IMG/VR virus record: IMGVR_UViG_3300013772_000002
Coordinates: 1-64,000 of that record
Length of the DNA stretch: 64,000 nucleotides
Direction: 5' to 3' (one strand)
From: a virus
This document shows, piece after piece, positions 8,506-16,433 of this stretch. Made by a program: the position numbers and the translations under genes. The notes beneath the pieces were generated by a model. The model was not told the origin of the DNA. It did no database searches and was given only the letters and a program-made list of their open reading frames with translations. How positions within the stretch are numbered: position 1 is the stretch's first letter; each line of letters starts with the position of its first letter.

Positions 8506-8666
8506 TGAAAGTCTCGCTGCAACTGTGGTACACGCTGTACTACCGGGGTATCGACCGCCCGTTCATGAGTAACGGACAGTTTCATCCCGGTTACTGCGTA
8601 TACGAAGCGCCGGATGGCGCGATCTCGATGCGGCGGCGTCATTCGTCTGCGGTCGTGGTGCGATGA
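8505..8666 (+). CDS. Hypothetical protein, 53 aa (MKVSLQLWYTLYY...)
   Basis: TGATG translational coupling with the upstream gene. Confidence 0.5.
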   Translation: MKVSLQLWYTLYYRGIDRPFMSNGQFHPGYCVYEAPDGAISMRRRHSSAVVVR

Positions 8667-8837
8667 GATTTGAGGGTGGCAGTACGGAGCCGGACGGCAC
8701 TGTGGCTTAATGGACGTACCCGTGGCCAGATCGAAACAGGGTGTAGTGTGAGTTTCGCGAGCGCACTTGTTGAAAGCGAACATCTCGTGAGCCTTATCCC
8801 CACAAGCGAGGGCAGGACTCGCCCACCCTCAAATCTC
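8665..8837 (+). ncRNA. Candidate structured non-coding RNA (closed multi-stem element)
   Basis: Perfect 15-bp terminal inverted repeat GAGATTTGAGGGTGG/CCACCCTCAAATCTC enclosing several short internal helices; intergenic. Confidence 0.5.
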
Positions 8838-8900
8838 TCTTGGAATAGTAGAAATGGGAACTTCTTGACATCATCGTACTACAGTGAGAAAGGTTAGCAG

Positions 8901-9491
8901 TTGATGATCGACGCGAGCGTTGGTAGGCGTGTCTTGGTTGCCTGTGAATTTTCGGGCATTGTACGAGACGCCTTCCTGTCTGTCGGTTGCGATGCTCTGT
9001 CCTGTGACTTCCTGCCTACCGAGAGACCCGGTCCGCACTACCAGGGTGACGTGCGCGATTTGCTCGGGGATGGTTGGAACCTAATGATCGCGCACCCGCC
9101 CTGTACCTATCTGGCGGTAAGTGGGGCGCGCTGGTTCAAGGATCGACGTGGCGAGCAGGCAGAGGCGCTGGACTTCGTTCGTCTCCTCATGGACGCACCG
9201 ATCCCGCGCATCTGTATTGAGAATCCGGTGAGCGTCATCAGTAGCGCGATCCGCCGTCCCGATCAGATCGTCCAACCGTGGATGTTTGGACATGGCGAGA
9301 CGAAAGCGACGTGTCTCTGGCTAAAGAACCTCCCGCCCCTCACGCCGACAAATGTTGTGGAGGGGCGGACACCTCGAGTGCATCTCGCATCGCCGGGACC
9401 AGAGCGATGGAAGGAGCGGAGCAGGACGCTTCCGGGGATTGCGGAGGCGATGGCGAATCAATGGGCAGCAGTAGAAATGAGAATTTCTTGA
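8901..9491 (+). CDS. Short phage DNA cytosine methyltransferase-like protein
   Basis: VLVACEFSG, HPPCT, IENP and RSRT..GIAEAMA motifs. Confidence 0.75.
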   Translation: MMIDASVGRRVLVACEFSGIVRDAFLSVGCDALSCDFLPTERPGPHYQGDVRDLLGDGWNLMIAHPPCTYLAVSGARWFKDRRGEQAEALDFVRLLMDAPIPRICIENPVSVISSAIRRPDQIVQPWMFGHGETKATCLWLKNLPPLTPTNVVEGRTPRVHLASPGPERWKERSRTLPGIAEAMANQWAAVEMRIS

Positions 9492-10267
9492 CTTCATCGT
9501 ACTACAACGATAATGGTATCACCCTCTATCACGATCGGTGCGAAGTCATCTTGCCGACGCTTCCTGACTGCAGCGTGGACATGGTTCTTGCTGATTTGCC
9601 TTACCAGCAAACGAGAAACACTTGGGACTCCGCCATCGATCTCGACTTCCTCTGGCCACAATATCGTCGCATCGTCAAGCCGAACGGCGCCATCATTCTT
9701 TTCGGTCAAGGGATGTTCTCTGCCGTCCTGATGATGAGCAATCCCAAAGAATATCGTTATTCCTTGATCTGGGAGAAAGATCGTCCGACCGGATTCCTCA
9801 ACGCCAACCGGATGCCGCTCAGGAGCCATGAGGACATCCACGTCTTCTATCGCTCCTTGCCTACTTACCATCCGCAGATGTGGCAAGGAGAGCCGCAGCA
9901 CAGCCGTGGTATCGGGGGCGGCGTCAACGCGAAGAAGACGACCAACTACGGCGCCTATACGAACGATCCTGAAGACCCGCGTGCCGGCAACACCTTGAAG
10001 CACCCGCGCTCGGTACTGCACTTCCCGAAGCCCCACCCGGCGAAGCATCCGACCGAGAAGCCGGTCGCTCTCTGCGCTTACCTGATCCGGATGTTCTCGA
10101 ATCCCGGTGACGTCGTTCTCGACAATACCGCTGGGATCGCGAGTACAGGCGTCGCCTGTCAACACGCGGGAGGACGGCGCTTTATCGGCATCGAGTGCGA
10201 CGAGGAATACTGCCAGATCGCCGTCGATCGTTTCGCCGTGCATAACCCGATGGAACGTTCGGCATGA
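9488..10267 (+). CDS. DNA methyltransferase, N4-C/N6-A (beta class)
   Basis: DLPY catalytic-like motif, HPTEKP, VVLDNTAG, FIGIE; TTG start overlapping the upstream TGA. Confidence 0.88.
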   Translation: MTSSYYNDNGITLYHDRCEVILPTLPDCSVDMVLADLPYQQTRNTWDSAIDLDFLWPQYRRIVKPNGAIILFGQGMFSAVLMMSNPKEYRYSLIWEKDRPTGFLNANRMPLRSHEDIHVFYRSLPTYHPQMWQGEPQHSRGIGGGVNAKKTTNYGAYTNDPEDPRAGNTLKHPRSVLHFPKPHPAKHPTEKPVALCAYLIRMFSNPGDVVLDNTAGIASTGVACQHAGGRRFIGIECDEEYCQIAVDRFAVHNPMERSA

Positions 10268-10974
10268 GTAAGCCAACACACATCGATCTCTTTTCGGGGA
10301 TCGGCGCCTTTTCATTAGCGGCGCGCTGGGCAGGCTTCGAGACGATCCTCCACTGCGAGATTGATCCGTACTGCCAGCGCGTACTCGAAAAGAACTTTCC
10401 GGAGGTGCCCATTCATGGAGATGTCCACACCCTTCGTAATGCCAGGTTCGCCGACCTTCTTACCGGCGGTCATCCCTGTCAACCCTTCAGTGGCGTCGGC
10501 GAGCAACGCGATTTTGCCGACGATCGCGACCTCTGGCCAGAAATGTTTCGCTGCATCACGGAGATACGACCGACATGGGTTGTTGCTGAGAATGTTGAAA
10601 GATTCTCTCGCGTTGGGCTCGATCGCACTCTCTCCGACCTGGAAGGAGCGGGTTACGCCGCAGGGTCGCTCGTATTTCCGGCTCTCGCTGTCGGAGCGCA
10701 GCATCGTCGCCAGCGGACATTCACTCTTGCCTACGCCGGTGGCAAGGGACTGGAAGGGAGCGCCCTCACGAGCAACGCAGAGCATTTGCAAGTACATCAG
10801 GACATTCTTTCCCGATACGACCGGCCGTCCGTACCCCGAGTACTTAGAGGCGGTCATGGGATTCCCCACGCTTTGGACCAAATTAGAGTGCTCGGAAACG
10901 CCATCGTCCCCCAACAATGTTATCCGATCTTGAAACTGATCGCGGATAACATTATCGAGGAACGCGCCGCATGA
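10264..10974 (+). CDS. C5 cytosine DNA methyltransferase, alpha chain (copy 1)
   Basis: DLFSGIG, GGHPCQ, ENV, QHRRQR and LGNAIVP motifs. Confidence 0.9.
   Translation: MSKPTHIDLFSGIGAFSLAARWAGFETILHCEIDPYCQRVLEKNFPEVPIHGDVHTLRNARFADLLTGGHPCQPFSGVGEQRDFADDRDLWPEMFRCITEIRPTWVVAENVERFSRVGLDRTLSDLEGAGYAAGSLVFPALAVGAQHRRQRTFTLAYAGGKGLEGSALTSNAEHLQVHQDILSRYDRPSVPRVLRGGHGIPHALDQIRVLGNAIVPQQCYPILKLIADNIIEERAA
10415..10933 (+). CDS. Overlapping-frame beta chain of C5 MTase copy 1
   Basis: GGAGGT SD at 10401, ATG at 10415; LPTPVA and PEYLEAVMGFPTLWT (motif IX-like). Confidence 0.7.
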   Translation: MEMSTPFVMPGSPTFLPAVIPVNPSVASASNAILPTIATSGQKCFAASRRYDRHGLLLRMLKDSLALGSIALSPTWKERVTPQGRSYFRLSLSERSIVASGHSLLPTPVARDWKGAPSRATQSICKYIRTFFPDTTGRPYPEYLEAVMGFPTLWTKLECSETPSSPNNVIRS

Positions 10975-11903
10975 GTGAACTTACTCACGTCGATCTTTTC
11001 AATAGTGCGCTCGGTTTGCCCGTACCACCAACGCATGTCGATCTCTTCAGCGGCATTGCCGGTTTTGCTCTTTCAGCATCTTGGGCTGGCTTCGAGACGA
11101 AGCTCTTTTGCGAGATCGATCCTTTCTGTCAGAAAGTGATCGCGAAGAACTTTCCCGGGGTACCGATCCATGACGACATTCGTACCCTTATGACCAGGAA
11201 GGAGGAGATGCCTAGTGGATTCAATGGAGCGATCGACCTCGTTACCGGCGGATTCCCGTAGCCTTGCCAACCTTACTCAAACGCCGGTAAAAAGCGAGGT
11301 ACCGACGACCCTCGTGATCTCTGGCCAGAAATGCGACGCGTCATTGCCGCCATCCAACCGCGCTGGGTTGTTGGTGAAAATGTTGAAAACTTCGTCAACA
11401 TGGAACTCGACCGGACGTGTGCCGACCTGGAGGGGGAAGGCTACGAAGTCGGGGAACCGCTTGTTTTCCCGGCTAGTGCAGTTGGAGCGCGGCATCTCCG
11501 TTACCGGACTATCGTTATTGCCCACTCCCGTCGCTTCGGACGCGACGACTGGCAGGATCATTGGTCGGGACGACACCTATCTGATTCGTCCCCATGCGTT
11601 GCCACGCAAGATCAATCGCATGGGTCAGAACGGCTCCGTCGGACTGGCGCGATTGGTGAAGATCGAGGAGGCAATCAGGCTAGGCAAGATGTCCAGGGAG
11701 CAGCCGATTTCGATCTCGGGACGCGACGTCCTTCGTTTGACCGAGGGTCTTGGGGAGTTGAATCCGGAATTCGCCGAGTGGTTGTTGGGGTACCCGACCA
11801 ACTGGACCGCATTAGGGCATTAGGGAATTCGATTTCGCCCTGGCAATTGTACCCCGTCCTCAAGGCGATTGCCGACGATCTGCGATTGGAGCGCGTTACA
11901 TGA
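10971..11903 (+). pseudogene. C5 MTase alpha chain (copy 2) interrupted by an in-frame TAG at 11259-11261 (pseudogene or recoded)
   Basis: Reads GGFP*PCQPYSNAG; ENV, RYR and LGNSI motifs continue in frame to 11903. Confidence 0.8.
11215..11823 (+). CDS. Overlapping-frame beta chain of C5 MTase copy 2
   Basis: GGAGG SD at 11201, GTG at 11215; LPTPVA and LNPEFAEWLLGYPTNWT. Confidence 0.7.
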   Translation: MDSMERSTSLPADSRSLANLTQTPVKSEVPTTLVISGQKCDASLPPSNRAGLLVKMLKTSSTWNSTGRVPTWRGKATKSGNRLFSRLVQLERGISVTGLSLLPTPVASDATTGRIIGRDDTYLIRPHALPRKINRMGQNGSVGLARLVKIEEAIRLGKMSREQPISISGRDVLRLTEGLGELNPEFAEWLLGYPTNWTALGH

Positions 11904-12652
11904 GTGAATTTACTCACGTAGATTTATGTTCGGGAATTGGTGGTTTTTCCTTGGCGGCATGGTGGGCTGGATTTCAAACTATCCTCCATTGTGAGATCGA
12001 TCCCTATTGTCAGAAAGTGCTGGCGAAGAACTTTCCGGAGGTACCAATTCATGACGACATCCACGCTCTTACCGGCATCTCCTCCGCCGACCTACTTACC
12101 GGAGGTCCACCATGTCAGCCATTTAGTAATGCCGGGAAGCGAGTCGGCACGGCAGATGACCGCCATCTCTGGCCAGAGATGTTGCGCATTATTGACGCAA
12201 GCCGACCCACTTGGTGCGTTATTGAAAACGTTGATGGTTTCACCGGAATGGCGCTCGATCTCGTCTGGTCTGATCTGGAAAGCGCGAACTACGAAGTCGG
12301 GGCGGTTGTATTTCCGGCTAGCGCCGTCGGTGCGTGGCATCGCCGCGACCGGCTTTGGGTTATTGCCCACACCCAAAGCGTCGGATGTGGATCGGGGCGG
12401 TCGTGGCGATCTCTTGCAAGCACTTCGGGGAAACAGCAACAAACACTTTCGACGCGCGAGACTCCCGACGGGCGAGAGTATCGCGTCGACCAGTGGACAT
12501 CCGAACCCAGTGTGGATCGAATGGTTCCAGGGCTACCCTCCGAACTGGACATATGTCGACGACGTGCCATCGGAAATTCGATAGTTCCGCAACAGGCTTT
12601 CCCCGTTCTAAGGGCGATCGCTGATAGCCTTCGATTGGAGCGCTCCGCATGA
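11900..12652 (+). CDS. C5 cytosine DNA methyltransferase, alpha chain (copy 3)
   Basis: DLCSGIG, GGPPCQ, ENV, HRRDR and IGNSIVP motifs. Confidence 0.9.
   Translation: MSEFTHVDLCSGIGGFSLAAWWAGFQTILHCEIDPYCQKVLAKNFPEVPIHDDIHALTGISSADLLTGGPPCQPFSNAGKRVGTADDRHLWPEMLRIIDASRPTWCVIENVDGFTGMALDLVWSDLESANYEVGAVVFPASAVGAWHRRDRLWVIAHTQSVGCGSGRSWRSLASTSGKQQQTLSTRETPDGREYRVDQWTSEPSVDRMVPGLPSELDICRRRAIGNSIVPQQAFPVLRAIADSLRLERSA
12051..12584 (+). CDS. Overlapping-frame beta chain of C5 MTase copy 3
   Basis: GGAGGT SD at 12037, ATG at 12051; LPTPKA and PNPVWIEWFQGYPPNWT. Confidence 0.7.
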   Translation: MTTSTLLPASPPPTYLPEVHHVSHLVMPGSESARQMTAISGQRCCALLTQADPLGALLKTLMVSPEWRSISSGLIWKARTTKSGRLYFRLAPSVRGIAATGFGLLPTPKASDVDRGGRGDLLQALRGNSNKHFRRARLPTGESIASTSGHPNPVWIEWFQGYPPNWTYVDDVPSEIR

Positions 12653-13128
12653 CGAAGACGATTCATAAAGTCGAAGTTGCTTCTTTCTCGGCATCCGATC
12701 GCTGTCGCTTCGTCGTTTACCGGATTGATCCGTTGATGGATGAGTATCACATTTACAAAGAAGTTCGTGACTCCTTCGGCGGAACGATGTGGTTCGGGGC
12801 GATCCAGTCCATCGCCACGAGCGAGGCCAGTGCAATCGCAATCGCGCAACGATTGGCCGATAAATATGCTCCGCCGATACAGTTGGTTCCTACCGCATCT
12901 CCCTATATTCGTGCCTGGCGCGTGATCCGTGGCACCGGACCGCTCTGGTATATCCGCGAGCGTATTGATAACGAGAACGTCCACGTTTTCGAGACCGGGT
13001 ATCTCCCTCGGCTGCCCAATTCGTACACCGGCACCCTGAAGCGCGCGAAAGCATATTTACGTAAGTGCTCATCGGGAACGCTTGAAGAGATCGACCCCGG
13101 AAAGGCATTGCATCCCTATGATGAATAA
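12649..13128 (+). CDS. Hypothetical protein, 159 aa
   Basis: ATGA coupling to the upstream gene. Confidence 0.65.
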   Translation: MTKTIHKVEVASFSASDRCRFVVYRIDPLMDEYHIYKEVRDSFGGTMWFGAIQSIATSEASAIAIAQRLADKYAPPIQLVPTASPYIRAWRVIRGTGPLWYIRERIDNENVHVFETGYLPRLPNSYTGTLKRAKAYLRKCSSGTLEEIDPGKALHPYDE

Positions 13129-13687
13129 CTTTGACGAAGGTGAACTGTTCAAATGGATTGAGCGCACGGTCTCGACACGTAACTTCTCTAGCGAGGTTGT
13201 CGCGCAGAAGGTCAAAGAACGTCTTGCATGGCTCGAGCGTATCCGCGTTGCTGCCGAGAATTATCGTGCTTTCGACAATTCGATGACGAAGGTAATTATG
13301 GACCCGACAGTACACGATGAAGAATACAAAGACAAAGTATCTCGTGAGGCAGAGCATGCCTTTGATGCTCTTGTTGCCGCGCTCGACACTGACCCCTCTC
13401 CGCCGACCGGCGCCCTGCTCGACGATATCGACGATGGGGAGACAGGTCATCTCGACTGGCTTCAGCCCCACGTCTTCATCGATAGTGGCGACGTACTCTG
13501 CATTACCTTTACCCCCAAGGGCGGTAACCGTCGTCGCACCGTGACGTGCTACGTCCCCTTCGCGGCGTTGCAATGTTTCAAGACCTGCTATGGCGATGAC
13601 AATCGGTTCGGTATCGAACAGATTGAGTTCGAGGCTGGCTATCGCTGGTTGGTTGGGCCAGACAAGAAAGGCGATGGTCCCGCATGA
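13118..13687 (+). CDS. Hypothetical protein
   Basis: Tiled operon ORF; start uncertain. Confidence 0.65.
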   Translation: MMNNFDEGELFKWIERTVSTRNFSSEVVAQKVKERLAWLERIRVAAENYRAFDNSMTKVIMDPTVHDEEYKDKVSREAEHAFDALVAALDTDPSPPTGALLDDIDDGETGHLDWLQPHVFIDSGDVLCITFTPKGGNRRRTVTCYVPFAALQCFKTCYGDDNRFGIEQIEFEAGYRWLVGPDKKGDGPA

Positions 13688-13923
13688 CGTACACCATCGA
13701 CTGGAACGTTCGCCTCTGGCCTCCGCAGACCATTCGTGAGTTCATCGCACTGATGAGACACGACGGCGAGCGGGATCAATCGCCGGAGATTTTCAGGGAT
13801 GGCGCAGAGTACATACTCGAAGAGCTCGAAGACTTTCTTAAGTATGACTGGGCGTCGCAATTGGGTACTCCGAACGAAGGAGACTGTTTCCCCGTGCGCA
13901 CCACACCGCCGCGTGTAGAGTAA
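13684..13923 (+). CDS. Hypothetical protein, 79 aa
   Basis: ATGA coupling. Confidence 0.65.
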   Translation: MTYTIDWNVRLWPPQTIREFIALMRHDGERDQSPEIFRDGAEYILEELEDFLKYDWASQLGTPNEGDCFPVRTTPPRVE

Positions 13924-13933
13924 GAGGTATCGT

Positions 13934-14320
13934 ATGAACCCGATCGAAAAGATAGGTTACTGGTGGTTTGGTGGTAAGTTCATTCCGGCATTGCCCGAAT
14001 CTCTCCAAGATGGGGTACAGGTCAAGTCGGTGAGCGGATACATTGGTGAAGTTCGTGGGCCGATCCGACGTACGGAATTCGGAGAGCAATGGGTGGGGGT
14101 CCATTACTACGGCGGTCTTCCTGAAGTCCTTATTCGCGTGGACGATCTCTGTTTATTCGATGAGGCGGCGGCACGGGAGTTGAGAAGGTTATACGAGACT
14201 CCGAAAGAGAAGATCGCGCGGCTGGAAATTGCTCTTGCCGCCGCTCTTACTGAGCGCGACGTGGCCCAGGGCGCGCTCTTGGAGGCTTGGAAAATGAAAG
14301 GAAAAGCGAATGGTTACTAA
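13934..14320 (+). CDS. Hypothetical protein, 128 aa (SH3-like N-terminus, coiled-coil C-terminus)
   Basis: AGAGGT RBS. Confidence 0.65.
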   Translation: MNPIEKIGYWWFGGKFIPALPESLQDGVQVKSVSGYIGEVRGPIRRTEFGEQWVGVHYYGGLPEVLIRVDDLCLFDEAAARELRRLYETPKEKIARLEIALAAALTERDVAQGALLEAWKMKGKANGY

Positions 14321-14579
14321 GAAATCTCATGCGTTCAACCCCGCGAAGTCGGTTTTCATCCTCGGTGATGGGGAGGAGCGTAGTTTCACCATCCATCACT
14401 CGCATCACACCGATGACCTGACGGTTGCTCTTTGGGCTCTCCCGGAAGACGGACCCCAAACCTGGCGTCTACTTCAAAAAGCCTGGAACGCTATTGATAT
14501 CGTCGACGACCAGACGGTCGTTGTCTGGCTTGCCTTTGTACCGGCCAAGGACTCAATCAAGGTCGTTCTCATCGGATAA
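14310..14579 (+). CDS. Hypothetical protein, 89 aa
   Basis: AAAGGA RBS. Confidence 0.65.
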   Translation: MVTKKSHAFNPAKSVFILGDGEERSFTIHHSHHTDDLTVALWALPEDGPQTWRLLQKAWNAIDIVDDQTVVVWLAFVPAKDSIKVVLIG

Positions 14580-14594
14580 TGAAGCAGTAGGAAG

Positions 14595-14798
14595 GTGATT
14601 CCAATGGAAGACAGCAAATTCATTTTCAAGATGTCGATCGTCTGGGGTACGGTAGCGGTACTCATCGTCGTGGCGTTTCTCACGATGGGGATTATTGTCA
14701 GCAATCCACGCGGTCACGGCGGAAGGATCACGTGCGCGATGACGGGGCAAAACGACTACACGACGACGATCACCTGTACCACCGAACCGTCGCGATGA
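14595..14798 (+). CDS. Small membrane protein
   Basis: One hydrophobic segment. Confidence 0.6.
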   Translation: MIPMEDSKFIFKMSIVWGTVAVLIVVAFLTMGIIVSNPRGHGGRITCAMTGQNDYTTTITCTTEPSR

Positions 14799-15013
14799 GT
14801 AAAAACAATTATCTCTGTGGCGCGTTTATCAACATTTCCTGTATGAAGGACGGCACATGCGAGGTGACGTTCATGGACCCACTGCTTTCCTTCGATCCCC
14901 TTCGTCCGCATCATGTGTTCGCTACTGCGGTTGGGGCATGCGTCTTTATCCTCGAAGAAATGACGAAGCGCGAGAAAGAAGCCTCCAGCGTACATACCGA
15001 GGTGGCGCCATGA
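14795..15013 (+). CDS. Hypothetical protein (MSKNNYLC...)
   Basis: ATGA coupling. Confidence 0.55.
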   Translation: MSKNNYLCGAFINISCMKDGTCEVTFMDPLLSFDPLRPHHVFATAVGACVFILEEMTKREKEASSVHTEVAP

Positions 15014-15138
15014 GCATTGTCTGTGAAGACGGATTCAGTTCGCTTCATCCAGTTGTTCAAGTAGCGATTGTGGTCATGTTTGGAATAGTCACGATTGCTT
15101 TCCTTTTTGGGATGTTCGGTGGTTTCGGTAGAGAATGA
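15010..15138 (+). CDS. Small membrane protein (MSIVCEDG...)
   Basis: GAGGT RBS, ATGA coupling, one TM segment. Confidence 0.55.
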   Translation: MSIVCEDGFSSLHPVVQVAIVVMFGIVTIAFLFGMFGGFGRE

Positions 15139-15347
15139 GGTGGGATCGAGAACCAATGAAGAGCGAAGAAATTGAAACCGTTCAAACTGTAGTGAGAAAG
15201 ATCGCGGCGGAGCGCGAGTGCCTCGAGTCAGAGGTGATCATCGACGCCGTTGTCCTCTATCGGCACTGTCGCGAAGTGTGGCGAAAGAGTGGCAGTGTCG
15301 TTATCAAATTGCCATGTCGACATGATAGGGAAATCGTCCCGCACTGA
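15135..15347 (+). CDS. Hypothetical protein, 70 aa
   Basis: Tiled ORF. Confidence 0.5.
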   Translation: MRWDREPMKSEEIETVQTVVRKIAAERECLESEVIIDAVVLYRHCREVWRKSGSVVIKLPCRHDREIVPH

Positions 15348-15371
15348 GCAACAAACAGAAAGGGCAGCGTA

Positions 15372-15959
15372 ATGACGGATTCCGATAGGGTGTATCAACT
15401 GAGCAAAAGCGAGCTCCAAAATGTCGAGCAATATGTCGGTTCGACGCCCGAGAACGTCTTTTGGGCACTTGAGAGCAGGAACCTGACGGAGATGCGACGC
15501 GCGATCCGCTTCATCGATCGGATGAGCAAAGACGCGCCGAAGCTCCTAGCGGATATCCGGACCCATCAGGAAAGAGCGCATCGCTGTGGCGCGCGACTCG
15601 CACGACTGATGTATATCTGCAGGATGCACAACATCTTCATCACGACCGACGATCTCGACTCCGATGAGCCGGTAGCGAAAGGTTCCCTGCGCATGGACCC
15701 GTGGCCGCCACCATCGGTCGGATCGAAACTTCGTCGTCGGCACGGACGTGAGAAGTGGGTGCTCGGTGACGATGGTCGATGGCACTCGAAAGGCGCTGTG
15801 CCCACTCCGAGTGACGCGGAAGAGACGATCTCCACCAAACTTGAGATAACGCTGAAAATGCTCGAGGCGGGTCGAGACATTATTCTCTACGGTGGCGATC
15901 TACGTTTCTGGGCAGAGAGCGCCGACACAATGGTACGAAGGGAAGAAGGGAACAGGTGA
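15372..15959 (+). CDS. Hypothetical protein, 195 aa
   Basis: GAAAGGG RBS. Confidence 0.7.
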   Translation: MTDSDRVYQLSKSELQNVEQYVGSTPENVFWALESRNLTEMRRAIRFIDRMSKDAPKLLADIRTHQERAHRCGARLARLMYICRMHNIFITTDDLDSDEPVAKGSLRMDPWPPPSVGSKLRRRHGREKWVLGDDGRWHSKGAVPTPSDAEETISTKLEITLKMLEAGRDIILYGGDLRFWAESADTMVRREEGNR

Positions 15960-15965
15960 CGACCA

Positions 15966-16433
15966 GTGGCAACTGACGAGAAGATGGTCGAAGGCATCCA
16001 GATGCGTCTTGCCGCCGTGCCGCAGGGTGAATGGCATTCCTCTCTCGGTTCCGGTCATTGCGTGATGACGGCGGTTATGTCCGATATTCCCTCTGGCGCA
16101 GAGGATTACGAGACAGTCTTTATCTGCGACGTGCTTCCCGACTACCGCGTGGAAGACTCGCAGGCGTGGAAGAATCGCAGCCCGCTCCTCGACTTCATCA
16201 CAAACGCGCCGACCGATATTCGCTTTTTGTGTGCGGAGTTGGCGGCGGCACGGGAGATGGCGGGGCAGTTGCGGGAAGTGATCGGTAAACTTTGGAATGC
16301 GGGTGGCATGCTCTATTGCGCTCGCCTGATGACGCCGACTTCAGCCGACCGGACGGATGACATTGAACGGTGGTCGAAAGCTGTTCGCGTCGCTGATGCC
16401 GCACTTGATACTACGCAAAGCAAGGAAGCGTAA
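15966..16433 (+). CDS. Phage hypothetical protein (possibly Ead/Ea22-like)
   Basis: P.GEW...FITNAPTDIRFL pattern typical of this loosely defined phage family. Confidence 0.55.
   Translation: MATDEKMVEGIQMRLAAVPQGEWHSSLGSGHCVMTAVMSDIPSGAEDYETVFICDVLPDYRVEDSQAWKNRSPLLDFITNAPTDIRFLCAELAAAREMAGQLREVIGKLWNAGGMLYCARLMTPTSADRTDDIERWSKAVRVADAALDTTQSKEA

Noticed and set aside
8665-8837. tRNA, tmRNA or SAM-I riboswitch identity
   Set aside because: No TTCRA T-loop, no CCA end and no SAM-I core consensus; kept only as an unassigned structured element
9278-9487. N-terminal extension of the N4/N6 methylase given in the ORF track
   Set aside because: It overlaps the upstream gene; the family-typical start is the TTG at 9488
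11259-11261. Genome-wide TAG reassignment as the explanation for the internal stop
   Set aside because: Many well-supported genes (RNA ligase, dnaE, nrdJ, portal) end in TAG at the expected lengths
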